Below, piece after piece: positions 1 to 8,944 of a DNA stretch of 48,500 nt (position 1 is the first letter of the stretch; each line of letters begins with the position of its first letter). The notes beneath the pieces are model-generated. The model searched no databases, had not been told where the DNA came from, and saw nothing but the letters and a program-made list of their open reading frames with translations. Made by a program: the position numbers and the translations under genes. This DNA comes from Candidatus Latescibacterota bacterium (lineage in GTDB: Bacteria; Latescibacterota; UBA2968): positions 1 through 48,500 of the forward strand of contig JAYODI010000038.1 in the NCBI GenBank assembly GCA_038279365.1, in the 5' to 3' direction.

Positions 1-795
1 TTAGGGACGCCAACGGATTGTTATACGTGTCACAAATTAGATTATGAGCAGGTTCGTGTTCCGAACCATGTGACAGCAAACTTTGAACAAGATTGTGTGA
101 AATGCCATACTGAAACGGCTTGGGCACCATCGACCTTTGATCATAATCAAACGGGTTTTGAACTTGTCGGTGGACATAAGACAGTCGATTGTGTGAGTTG
201 TCATGTGAATGGTGTGTTTTCAGGGACGCCAACGGATTGTTATACGTGTCACAAATTAGATTATGAGCAGGTTCGTGTTCCGAACCATGTATTGTCTCTG
301 TTTAGTGTAACGTGTTTGGAATGTCATACTCAAACGGCTTGGGAACCTGCCTTATTTGACCATAATAAAACGCAGTTTCCACTTACAGGACGGCACAGTA
401 CGACTGATTGTGCGAATTGTCATACGAACGGTGTGTTTGCTAATACAGCCATGGCTTGTTACGCCTGTCATCAAATGGATTTTCAAAACGCACGGGATCC
501 AAATCATGTGTCTGCCCGTTTCCCTGATGCCTGTGAACAATGTCACAATACCAATCGTTGGGAACCCGCACAGTTTGATCACCGACGCTTTTTCCCCATT
601 TATTCAGGTAAACACCGTGGGGAATGGGATACCTGTGCCGATTGTCACACACACCCTGCAGATTTTAAAACGTTTTCTTGTCTAACATGTCACGAGCACA
701 GTCAGGCGCGCATGGATCGTGAGCATCGTGGGCGAAGAAATTATGTTTATGAAAGCCAAGCCTGTTACGGTTGTCATCCTGACGGAGATGATTAA
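1..795 (+). CDS. Multiheme cytochrome c, 5'-truncated by window edge (c7-like triheme repeats; at least 11 hemes)
   Basis: Frame is open from base 1 (LGTPTDCYTCH...). 11 CXXCH motifs visible in ~73-aa repeats of the form FDHxxTxFxLxGxH...CxxCH...CxxCH...CxxCH. Stop TAA at 793-795. Confidence 0.93.
   Translation, partial: LGTPTDCYTCHKLDYEQVRVPNHVTANFEQDCVKCHTETAWAPSTFDHNQTGFELVGGHKTVDCVSCHVNGVFSGTPTDCYTCHKLDYEQVRVPNHVLSLFSVTCLECHTQTAWEPALFDHNKTQFPLTGRHSTTDCANCHTNGVFANTAMACYACHQMDFQNARDPNHVSARFPDACEQCHNTNRWEPAQFDHRRFFPIYSGKHRGEWDTCADCHTHPADFKTFSCLTCHEHSQARMDREHRGRRNYVYESQACYGCHPDGDD
3..290 (+). repeat. Exact 69-bp direct repeat (3-71 and 222-290), period 219 nt = 73 codons
   Basis: AGGGACGCCAACGGATTGT...CCGAACCATGT is identical in both copies and encodes GTPTDCYTCHKLDYEQVRVPNHV twice. 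Confidence 0.95.
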
Positions 796-796
796 T

Positions 797-2407
797 ATGA
801 AATTCTCGTTTTTAAGTTCTATGATTGGGATGGGTGTGTTTTGTTTGCTTATGACTGTTGATGCTCAGGAAAGTATTAAGGTATCAGGCAAAGTATTACA
901 GCTTGCGGGGAACACGATCTATGTTGACGTGGGTAAGAATAAGGGATGGGAGGACGGTCAAGTTTTAACAGTGTTTCGCAATAAAGAAAGGATTGGGCAA
1001 ATAAAAGTGATTCGGTTATCGGATCGATTTTGTGCCTGTGAGGCTGTGGAGGGTCGTGAACCGGTGCGTGTAGGTGATGAAGTCCGTGGAGATGTTCAAG
1101 TCATTTTGGAACCTTCAGAAAAAGAATCATTGATGGAGGATAATGATGTTGCTCATTCAGTGGATATATCTGATCAATCTGGCGAAATACCTTTACGTGT
1201 ATCTGATGACATCGCTGAATTACGTGCCATAATTCGTGGGCGGGTTTCTTTGAGATATAGCTTTTTGAATGATCAATCTGAGGCCAATCGCGATGTACAT
1301 CAACCTGCAATGCTCATGGATTGGGAGGCGTCACAAATTGCAGGAACTGGATTGCGGGTCAACTTTCGTGTTCGCGCCCGAAGACAATCTGCAGCAGGCT
1401 CATCTCGAGCTGTGCTGAGGTTATATGATTTGGGGTTGCATTATGAATCACCTGACAATCGTTTTATTGTGGGTGTTGGGCGATTGAGCCCTACAATTGT
1501 TTCGGGCGTTGGGGAATTTGATGGGGGGCTGGTGAATCTCAATGCTGGTCATCAGGTTCGTGTCGGATTTTTTGGTGGATATCAACCCGACTATCAGACA
1601 TCTAAATTCAATTCTCAGACACGCAAGGCAGGTGCCTTTGTCAATTGGGAACACCTGGGTATGGGGTATTTGCGACAAAATACCACCCTTGCATTTGTGG
1701 GTGAATATGAAAAAGGTCAAAATTCACGTGAGTTTTTTTATTTGCAAAATTCCATTTGGCTTGGGCGAAGTGTTTCGCTTTTACAGCAGATAGCTGTAGA
1801 CTTAAACCGTAACAATGTATCAGCACCAAGAAAAAAAATACAATTTCGCAATGGGTATTCCTCGTTGCGCATATCACCGACATCTTATTTCTCAGTGCGC
1901 GTAGGATATGATGCGCGAAACCAGTTTGCCTCTCATTTATATGACTCCATAGAAGACAGTTTGGTCAGTGTGGCGTTTCGTCAAGGATTTCAAGGTGATG
2001 TTTCTATTAGACCTTTTCGCAGCGCGTTGCTCTATGCACGGGGAAATATCCGTTTGAAAGCGGGTGAAGAAAGCAGTCGGGCATGGACGGTTGGTGGATC
2101 GGTAAGTAATTTTTTATATAGTGGTTTGCGTTTGCGCAGTCGATACACACACATCCAAGGGGCATTTGGCTTGTCGCGTGATATAAGCTTTGGAGGGGCA
2201 CGATATATTGGGCGGTGGGTATATCTTGATGGTGAATGGGGAACCTATCAGTCCGTGATGCCAACCATTGTGGAGACGCGGCACCGTTTGACTGGGCGTT
2301 TGCAAGTCTATTTACCAAGGCGAACTTTTTTGAACCTTGAGCATACTGTTTATTCTGGGATTTTTAAACACGCCATGACTTTTGTAGAATTAAGCACACG
2401 ATTTTGA
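797..2407 (+). CDS. Putative outer-membrane beta-barrel (porin) with signal peptide and small N-terminal beta domain
   Basis: ATG 797, 1 nt after upstream stop. Signal peptide MKFSFLSSMIGMGVFCLLMTVDA. Many amphipathic Gly/aromatic strands and C-terminal Phe (VELSTRF). Lies between multiheme cytochrome genes. Confidence 0.75.
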   Translation: MKFSFLSSMIGMGVFCLLMTVDAQESIKVSGKVLQLAGNTIYVDVGKNKGWEDGQVLTVFRNKERIGQIKVIRLSDRFCACEAVEGREPVRVGDEVRGDVQVILEPSEKESLMEDNDVAHSVDISDQSGEIPLRVSDDIAELRAIIRGRVSLRYSFLNDQSEANRDVHQPAMLMDWEASQIAGTGLRVNFRVRARRQSAAGSSRAVLRLYDLGLHYESPDNRFIVGVGRLSPTIVSGVGEFDGGLVNLNAGHQVRVGFFGGYQPDYQTSKFNSQTRKAGAFVNWEHLGMGYLRQNTTLAFVGEYEKGQNSREFFYLQNSIWLGRSVSLLQQIAVDLNRNNVSAPRKKIQFRNGYSSLRISPTSYFSVRVGYDARNQFASHLYDSIEDSLVSVAFRQGFQGDVSIRPFRSALLYARGNIRLKAGEESSRAWTVGGSVSNFLYSGLRLRSRYTHIQGAFGLSRDISFGGARYIGRWVYLDGEWGTYQSVMPTIVETRHRLTGRLQVYLPRRTFLNLEHTVYSGIFKHAMTFVELSTRF

Positions 2408-2408
2408 G

Positions 2409-3710
2409 GTGATCATGGAAACGGTGAGCATTGGACTTATATTGGTCCTTTTTACAATCATACCCTATGTCTTTTTTATTAAGAAAAGTGAAAAGAAAAA
2501 TAAAGATGCTTTTGAGTGGTCCCAAAAGGCAGGTTTGGATGAGCCCGTGTCGCTGCATCCACAAATCAACCCTGACGCGTGTTTGTGCAGTGGGGCATGT
2601 GTAAAAGCATGCCCAGAGAAGGATGTGTTGGGCATTGTTTCTGGTCGTGCTCAATTGATACAGGCTTCCCGTTGTATTGGGCACGGAGCATGTGCAGATG
2701 CCTGCCCTGTAGAGGCCATACAACTGGTTTTTGGAACGGCAACACGTGGTATAGAAATACCCAAGGTTACCCCTCATTTTGAGAGCAATATTCCCAATTT
2801 ATATATTGTTGGAGAATTGGGTGGTATGGGGCTTATTCGTCATGCGGTAGATCAAGGGCGTCAAGCCATTGCACATCTTGCACCACGTGTGGATCGAAGG
2901 GGGGATGATATTTTGGATGTTGTAATTGTTGGTGCGGGGCCTGCTGGGGTATCTGCTTCATTAGAGGCTAAGCGGTTGGGGTTAAAGTTTGTGACGTTGG
3001 AACAGCATGATATTGGAGGTGCCATTAACCATTATCCACGAAAAAAATTGGTTATGACACACCCAATGGATATTCCCTTGTTTGGAAAAGTTCATGTGCG
3101 TGAAATGTTAAAAGAAGAATTAATGGATCTGTGGATGCGTGTGATCAAACAAACAGATTTAGCGATACAAACACAGCAAAAGGTGGAACAAATTAATCGA
3201 AGAGATGATGTGTTTGAAATTCAAACACTGACAGGCTTTCATGTTGCAAAAAATGTGGTTCTGGCGATCGGGCGGAGAGGAACTCCGCGCAAACTTGGTG
3301 TGCCAGGAGAAGGGTTGTCAAAGGTGGCTTATAGTTTATTAGAGCCCGAGCAGTTTCAAGGGATGTCGGTATTGGTGGTTGGAGGGGGAGACAGTGCTCT
3401 TGAAGCTGCATGCGCGTTGGCGGAGGAACCGGGTAATCGTGTTACGGTATCTTATCGTAGAGAAAAATTTCAAAGGCCCAAAGAAGATGTGCGCCGTCGC
3501 TTTGTTGCGCTTCTAGAACAAGGCAAAATCGAAATGTTGTTTTCTTCACAGATTGAAGCCATTGAATCAGATCGGGTCTTAATGGATGTGAATGGTGCAT
3601 ACAAAAAAATTGCAAATGATCAGGTTTTTATCTTTGCAGGGGGTGAGGTACCCACAGACTTTTTAAAAAAGATCGGTGTATCTGTTGAGACCAAATTTGG
3701 AACGGTTTGA
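2409..3710 (+). CDS. Membrane-anchored ferredoxin domain fused to FAD/NAD(P)-dependent TrxR/YpdA-fold oxidoreductase
   Basis: N-terminal TM helix; ferredoxin-type motifs CLCSGACVKACP and CIGHGACADACP; GAGPAG FAD motif; GGGDSA NAD(P)H motif followed by YRR; no redox CXXC. Start GTG 2409 or ATG 2415. Confidence 0.85.
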   Translation: MIMETVSIGLILVLFTIIPYVFFIKKSEKKNKDAFEWSQKAGLDEPVSLHPQINPDACLCSGACVKACPEKDVLGIVSGRAQLIQASRCIGHGACADACPVEAIQLVFGTATRGIEIPKVTPHFESNIPNLYIVGELGGMGLIRHAVDQGRQAIAHLAPRVDRRGDDILDVVIVGAGPAGVSASLEAKRLGLKFVTLEQHDIGGAINHYPRKKLVMTHPMDIPLFGKVHVREMLKEELMDLWMRVIKQTDLAIQTQQKVEQINRRDDVFEIQTLTGFHVAKNVVLAIGRRGTPRKLGVPGEGLSKVAYSLLEPEQFQGMSVLVVGGGDSALEAACALAEEPGNRVTVSYRREKFQRPKEDVRRRFVALLEQGKIEMLFSSQIEAIESDRVLMDVNGAYKKIANDQVFIFAGGEVPTDFLKKIGVSVETKFGTV

Positions 3711-3740
3711 TAGTTTTTGGGCATAGGGAGTAAGTTGCCA

Positions 3741-4589
3741 ATGATAAGAAGAAAGATATTGGGGTATGTATTGTTTATTGTCTGGTTGGTGGTTACGGTA
3801 TATGTGGGGGGACATGGTTGGGCTTATTATCGTTTGCCGTTGCCTGAACGCCCGTTATATCCTGATCATCAGTTGCTAAAACCGGGTGGTTTTTGGGGGC
3901 ACAATTTGGGTGTTGCGGGGGCTTTGTTAATGGTTGTTGGTGTGGTGATGTATATGATGCGAAAGCATTTGCGTTGGATGACGTGGGGAAATTTACGAAC
4001 GTGGTTGACAATTCACATTTTTTTATGTGTGATGGGGGCAACTTTGGTAACCTTTCACACGGCATTAAAAGTGGGGGGCCTGGTCTCGATCAGATTTTGG
4101 TGTAGGCTCGGTGTGGTGCTGAGTGGGGGATGGGGCAGGTATGTTTATGTGCGTATTCCAAGAGACCTAACAGGGCGTTCGATTACATCAGAGCAACTCT
4201 TAATACAGTCTCATAAGATTATGGGCGATATCGCAGAGCAACTGGGACCTAGGCATGAGGCTTTGGTTTTGTTGAACGCAATTGTGTCGTCCAAACATGT
4301 TGGGTTTTGGGGGTTGGTAACAACTGATTTGAAGCGTTTGGTTCATTTCAGGCGCGTTGTACATCTCTTAAAAAAAGACAGCCATTTACCATCAATACAT
4401 CTTCATGCCGTAATAAACCTTACCAAAAGACAAGCAGGTTTACAACGAAGTATACATTTTTATCAGACTTTGCAAAATGTGTTGCACTATTGGCATGTTA
4501 TCCATTTGCCATTTACAGTGGTGATGTTTCTGGTGATGATCATCCACATTGGCGTAGCCATTCTTTTTGGCCACCGATGGTTATTTTAG
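3741..4589 (+). CDS. His-rich integral membrane protein, putative b-type cytochrome / ferric-reductase-like
   Basis: ATG 3741 with GGGAG upstream; about 5 hydrophobic segments with His in or near helices (GHNLG, IHIFL, TFHT, WHVIHLP, IHIG). Confidence 0.65.
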   Translation: MIRRKILGYVLFIVWLVVTVYVGGHGWAYYRLPLPERPLYPDHQLLKPGGFWGHNLGVAGALLMVVGVVMYMMRKHLRWMTWGNLRTWLTIHIFLCVMGATLVTFHTALKVGGLVSIRFWCRLGVVLSGGWGRYVYVRIPRDLTGRSITSEQLLIQSHKIMGDIAEQLGPRHEALVLLNAIVSSKHVGFWGLVTTDLKRLVHFRRVVHLLKKDSHLPSIHLHAVINLTKRQAGLQRSIHFYQTLQNVLHYWHVIHLPFTVVMFLVMIIHIGVAILFGHRWLF

Positions 4590-4590
4590 C

Positions 4591-6237
4591 ATGGTAAAGA
4601 TCATTGTAGATCTGTTGTTGTGGGCAATATGGCCCTGCACCATATCGGCCTATGCACAATTGTCTCCTGGGGCGTTGGCGAAAGCACATGCCCATTTAGA
4701 AGGCCTGAGCAATTGTACACAGTGCCATGAACTTGGCCAGCATATAGACAACATGAAGTGTTTGGCGTGTCACACCGAAATTCGTTTGAGAATAAATGAT
4801 AAACGCGGGTTCCATGCCACTGTTAGAGACAGCAATTGTATTACCTGTCACAGTGACCACAATGGTCGTGCTTTTGAAATGATTCATTGGCCCAACGGAG
4901 AAATGGGAGATTTTAATCACGATCTGACGGGTTTTTCTTTACAAGGAGAGAAACACCAAGCTGCTCAATGTCGTGATTGCCATCAATCTAAGAATGTGCG
5001 TTCTGGAGATATTTTAGAAAATAAAAAGAAGTCATTGGACCATACATTCTTGGGCATAGATTCAGCATGTGAGTCTTGTCATTCTGATGTTCACAATGGT
5101 CAGTTTGAGCAAACCTGTGCGGTTTGTCATGATGTGAATGAGTGGAAAGTCGACATAAAGTTTACACACGATCAAGCTCGGTTCAGGCTTGAGGGAAAGC
5201 ACGTTTCTGTTGGGTGTGAGAAGTGCCATGCAAAAGAAATCATTTCTAATGATCCATTGGTGTCTTTTGTGCGTTTCAAACCTGTTGCATTTGATGGGTG
5301 TGAGACGTGTCATGAGGATGTTCACAAGGGGCGTTTTGAACAATCTTGTGATCAATGTCATTCTTCAACTGGTTGGTTCAAATCGGATCGAAGGGACTTT
5401 GATCACACTTTAACACGTTTTCCTTTGGTTGGCAAGCATCATACCATATCCTGTGCCTTGTGCCATGGGCAGAACGAAAAAATAATGCGGCCAGCATTTG
5501 GACTGTGTTCAGATTGTCATACAGATGTCCATTTGGGGCAATTTGCGAATCGCCTTGATGGGGGGAGGTGTGACGTGTGTCATTCTGAGTCAGGTTTTTT
5601 ACCTGCCAGGTTTGATTTGAGTATGCACCAAAATGGGCGTTTCCCGTTGGCTGGGGCCCATCAATCTGTACCTTGTATGATGTGTCATAAAAAAAATGAT
5701 ATGGATGTTACCCAGTTTGAGTGGCCACAAGAGGGGTTTTTGTGTACAGATTGTCACAATACACCTCATGGCAACCAGTTTCGTGAGCAAATTGTGCAAG
5801 ATGGGTGTGACGGATGTCATCTTGTTTCTTCATGGCAAGTGGTTACCCTTGATCACAATGCCACACGTTTTCCTTTAATTGGAAAACATCAGCAAGCAAA
5901 ATGTGAACAGTGTCATAAGGTTGAAAATATTCAAGGGTTTGTTGGACGACGATATGTGCCATTATCAATGGCGTGCGAAGATTGTCATGCAGATCCGCAC
6001 AGAGGTCAATTTGTGCGTGGTGATATCACTGCTTGTGCAAGGTGCCATATAGAAGACAGTTGGTCCCCAAAAAAGTTTAATCACAATCGCGATGCACGTT
6101 TTTCATTGGAAGGGGCACACGAACGTGTCGATTGTGCGTTGTGCCATAAGGTCATTTCAGTTGATGAGATGCCAAGAGATCGGCAGTATAAACCCTTAGA
6201 TATGATTTGTGCCAGCTGCCATGGTGATCAGAATTGA
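4591..6237 (+). CDS. Exported 20-heme cytochrome c (c7-like repeat polymer)
   Basis: ATG 4591, 1 nt after upstream stop; signal peptide ending AYA|QLSPG; 20 CXXCH motifs counted; repeated FxH...FxLxGxH distal-His motifs. Confidence 0.93.
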   Translation: MVKIIVDLLLWAIWPCTISAYAQLSPGALAKAHAHLEGLSNCTQCHELGQHIDNMKCLACHTEIRLRINDKRGFHATVRDSNCITCHSDHNGRAFEMIHWPNGEMGDFNHDLTGFSLQGEKHQAAQCRDCHQSKNVRSGDILENKKKSLDHTFLGIDSACESCHSDVHNGQFEQTCAVCHDVNEWKVDIKFTHDQARFRLEGKHVSVGCEKCHAKEIISNDPLVSFVRFKPVAFDGCETCHEDVHKGRFEQSCDQCHSSTGWFKSDRRDFDHTLTRFPLVGKHHTISCALCHGQNEKIMRPAFGLCSDCHTDVHLGQFANRLDGGRCDVCHSESGFLPARFDLSMHQNGRFPLAGAHQSVPCMMCHKKNDMDVTQFEWPQEGFLCTDCHNTPHGNQFREQIVQDGCDGCHLVSSWQVVTLDHNATRFPLIGKHQQAKCEQCHKVENIQGFVGRRYVPLSMACEDCHADPHRGQFVRGDITACARCHIEDSWSPKKFNHNRDARFSLEGAHERVDCALCHKVISVDEMPRDRQYKPLDMICASCHGDQN

Positions 6238-6356
6238 GATATGTTTTTGTTGACCTTTTCTGTTTGAAAAATGATATCGAAATGGCAGGTTATTTTTTTA
6301 TTGCTGACCAAATTCTGCTTGGTGTTTTTGACGTGTCATTTGATAAATGAGGTACA

Positions 6357-6392
6357 TAAAAAAAGCCACTCACATGATGAGTGGCTTTTTTA
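6357..6392. terminator. Bidirectional intrinsic terminator
   Basis: A-run + GCCACTCA-catga-TGAGTGGC + T-run between convergent genes. Confidence 0.85.
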
Positions 6393-6415
6393 TGTCTAAC
6401 TTTGAATGGCTTACA

Positions 6416-8944
6416 TTACGCTGCGTTGCGCCCACCTTGTGCTTCTTTGGCTTCACGGCGATTGTGCCACTCTACCACAATGGGTGCGGCAATAAAGGCT
6501 GATGAATATGTTCCCACACCCACACCGATGAGAAGTGCAAATGCAAAGTCGTAAATCACTTCGCCACCCAGCGTCATCAGGGAGACAACCACCAATAAGG
6601 TAGTGGTCGATGTGAGAACGGTTCGGTTCAAACATTCATTGATACTTCGGTTGATGATGTCGCTAAAGGTATCTCGACGATACAATTTGAGGTCTTCGCG
6701 GATGCGGTCATAAACCACAATGGTATCGTTGAGTGAATAACCCACAATGGTGAGTAAGGCTGCTACTACGGCCAAAGAAATTTCGTGGTCCACCAATGAG
6801 AAGACACCCATTGTGATCATCACATCGTGGAACAGGGCGATCACTGCGGCAACGCCAAATTCGATTTGGCGGAATCGCCACCAAACATAGATGATAATGA
6901 GGATCATGGAGACAAGAACGGCGTAGACGGCATTGGATTTTAATTCTTCACCAATTTTGGGCCCTACGGCTTCTTGACGACGTAACCAATCGCTTTCGTT
7001 TTCGATCTGTGAGGCAAACTTGGTTTTGAGCGTGTTTTTTATTGCATCGGCAACAGTCGTGCCTTGGGCTTCTTCTTGTACGCGGATCAAAATATCATTG
7101 GGTGAGCCAAATTCTTTGATTTCGCTGCTTTGTAAGTCCAGGACTTGGTCGCCAACTTGCACGTTGCTGAGTGCGCTGCGAATATCACCCACAGGAACAG
7201 CGGGTTTAAAGTGCAATTCCAACAAGGTACCACCGGCAAAGTCGATGCCTAAGTTATATCCACCTTTGACAATGGTGGAGCCCAAACCAATGAGAATGAT
7301 GATCAATGAACCAATAAATGCACCTTTGCGCAGTTTGAGAAAGTCAATGTGTGTGTCACCAAAGACACGCATTTTGCCTACGCCAATGGATGGCGATGTT
7401 TGGCGAGAGGTGATAAAGTCATAAATGGTGCGTGTTATGAAGATGGACGTGAACATGGAGGAGAGGATACCCACCATCAGGGTTAATGCAAAACCTTTAA
7501 TGGGACCTGTGCCATATTGATAGAGCACAATGGCAGTAATGATGGTGGTCACGTTGGCATCAACAATGGTTAATATGGCCCGTCCGTAACCGTTTTCGAT
7601 GGCCGCTCTGGCTGTTTTACCTGAGCGCAATTCTTCACGAATGCGTTCGAGAATGAGCACGTTGGCATCTACTGCCATACCAATGGTAAGAATGATACCC
7701 GCAATACCTGGCAAAGTTAAGGTGCCCTGGAATGCGGCCAGAATGGCCATGACAAAGACGAGATTTAGCACCAAGGCGATATCTGCGACAAATCCTGAAA
7801 AGCCATAATAGATGATCATAAATACGACCACAATGGCCAAACCAATGAGCGCAGCGTTTTTGCCTTGTGCAATGGAGTCGCGCCCCAATGATGGACCGAC
7901 TGTACGGTCTTCTACGATGTCGAGTGGGGCGGGTAAGGCGCCGGCACGCAACACAATGGCAAGGTCTTTGGCTTCTTCTGTTGTACCAGAGCCTTCAATA
8001 ATGCCCGAACCTTGGCTAATTTTGGAGCGAATGTTAGGGGCTGAGTAGACCTGGTTATCAAGAATAATGGCCATTCTCTCGCCTACATGAGCACCTGTTA
8101 CACGAGAGAAGATGCGTACGCCTTCGCTGGTGGTCGTGAAATTCACTACGGGTTGGCCCGCATTTTCAAAAGATTGGCCAGTGGTTACAGAGGCGTTGGA
8201 CAAAATTTCACCCGTCATTTCAACGCGTGATTTCACAAAATAGAGTGCCCGATATGTTTGGCCATCGGGCATTGTTTCTACTTTTGCTCCCCAGAAAAAC
8301 TCTGATGTGGGAGGAATGAGCTTTTGAATATTGGGGCGTGCGAGCAAGTTTCTTACCGTGAGGATGTTGTCTTCTAAAACAACCAAATCACCTCTGTAAG
8401 AGAGTAAGTAGCGCGAAAGAGATGGTGTTTCGGAATCTTCTCCAAAAAGTGGATCAGCTGACTTTGCTGAATCTGTGGCCGCTTGTGCCGATAGCACATT
8501 GTCAATGCGTTGAATGACGGATGCGCGATCTTCGGGTGATTCGAGCATTTTAAACTCTAAACGTGCCTGGCTACCAATGAGGCGTTTGGCCCGTTCAATG
8601 TCTTGAATACCAGGTAATTCGACGACAATACGCTTATCGCCTTCTCGATGAATAATGGGCTCGGAGACACCGTATTGGTCAATGCGGTTGCGAATGACTT
8701 CGAGTGCACGGGGCACAACATCGAACTTTTCATCTGAGGTGAGTTTGCTGTCATCCACTTCCAAAACAAGGTGGATACCTCCTTGCAAGTCCAAACCGAG
8801 ATTGATGGCTTTTTGTTTGAGCTGTTCTCGTGCGTCTGGGTTTTCGGGGGGCGCATAGTACAATTCGTACGTTGGATAAAGATAGAACAGCGCAAGCAAG
8901 ATGGTTGCGCCAATAAACAATATTCGCCAGGTTTCTCGATTCAT
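6416..8944 (-). CDS. secDF: Protein translocase SecD-SecF fusion
   Basis: LGLDLQGG, IGMAVDANV, LGIDFAGG and VGYSLNDTIVVYDRIRE motifs in one 842-aa ORF. Confidence 0.97.
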   Translation of the reverse strand: MNRETWRILFIGATILLALFYLYPTYELYYAPPENPDAREQLKQKAINLGLDLQGGIHLVLEVDDSKLTSDEKFDVVPRALEVIRNRIDQYGVSEPIIHREGDKRIVVELPGIQDIERAKRLIGSQARLEFKMLESPEDRASVIQRIDNVLSAQAATDSAKSADPLFGEDSETPSLSRYLLSYRGDLVVLEDNILTVRNLLARPNIQKLIPPTSEFFWGAKVETMPDGQTYRALYFVKSRVEMTGEILSNASVTTGQSFENAGQPVVNFTTTSEGVRIFSRVTGAHVGERMAIILDNQVYSAPNIRSKISQGSGIIEGSGTTEEAKDLAIVLRAGALPAPLDIVEDRTVGPSLGRDSIAQGKNAALIGLAIVVVFMIIYYGFSGFVADIALVLNLVFVMAILAAFQGTLTLPGIAGIILTIGMAVDANVLILERIREELRSGKTARAAIENGYGRAILTIVDANVTTIITAIVLYQYGTGPIKGFALTLMVGILSSMFTSIFITRTIYDFITSRQTSPSIGVGKMRVFGDTHIDFLKLRKGAFIGSLIIILIGLGSTIVKGGYNLGIDFAGGTLLELHFKPAVPVGDIRSALSNVQVGDQVLDLQSSEIKEFGSPNDILIRVQEEAQGTTVADAIKNTLKTKFASQIENESDWLRRQEAVGPKIGEELKSNAVYAVLVSMILIIIYVWWRFRQIEFGVAAVIALFHDVMITMGVFSLVDHEISLAVVAALLTIVGYSLNDTIVVYDRIREDLKLYRRDTFSDIINRSINECLNRTVLTSTTTLLVVVSLMTLGGEVIYDFAFALLIGVGVGTYSSAFIAAPIVVEWHNRREAKEAQGGRNAA

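Noticed and set aside
3..290. Direct repeat as CRISPR array or IS end
   Set aside because: Two in-frame copies at a 219-nt period inside a coding repeat; no spacer pattern, cas gene or transposase.
719..796. Longer ORF-track starts (719; also 4567, 11210, 21000, 36253, 38995, 40786, 44257, 44467, 48279)
   Set aside because: They overlap neighbours or add non-homologous N-termini; downstream starts fit signal peptides, RBS or family length better.
4070..4140. Arg/Trp residues in a predicted TM helix (IRFWCRLGVVLSGGWG) as a functional novelty
   Set aside because: The segment is very G-rich and the odd codons (AGG, TGG) are one T-to-G change from hydrophobic ones, so base-call error is plausible. 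Needs raw reads.
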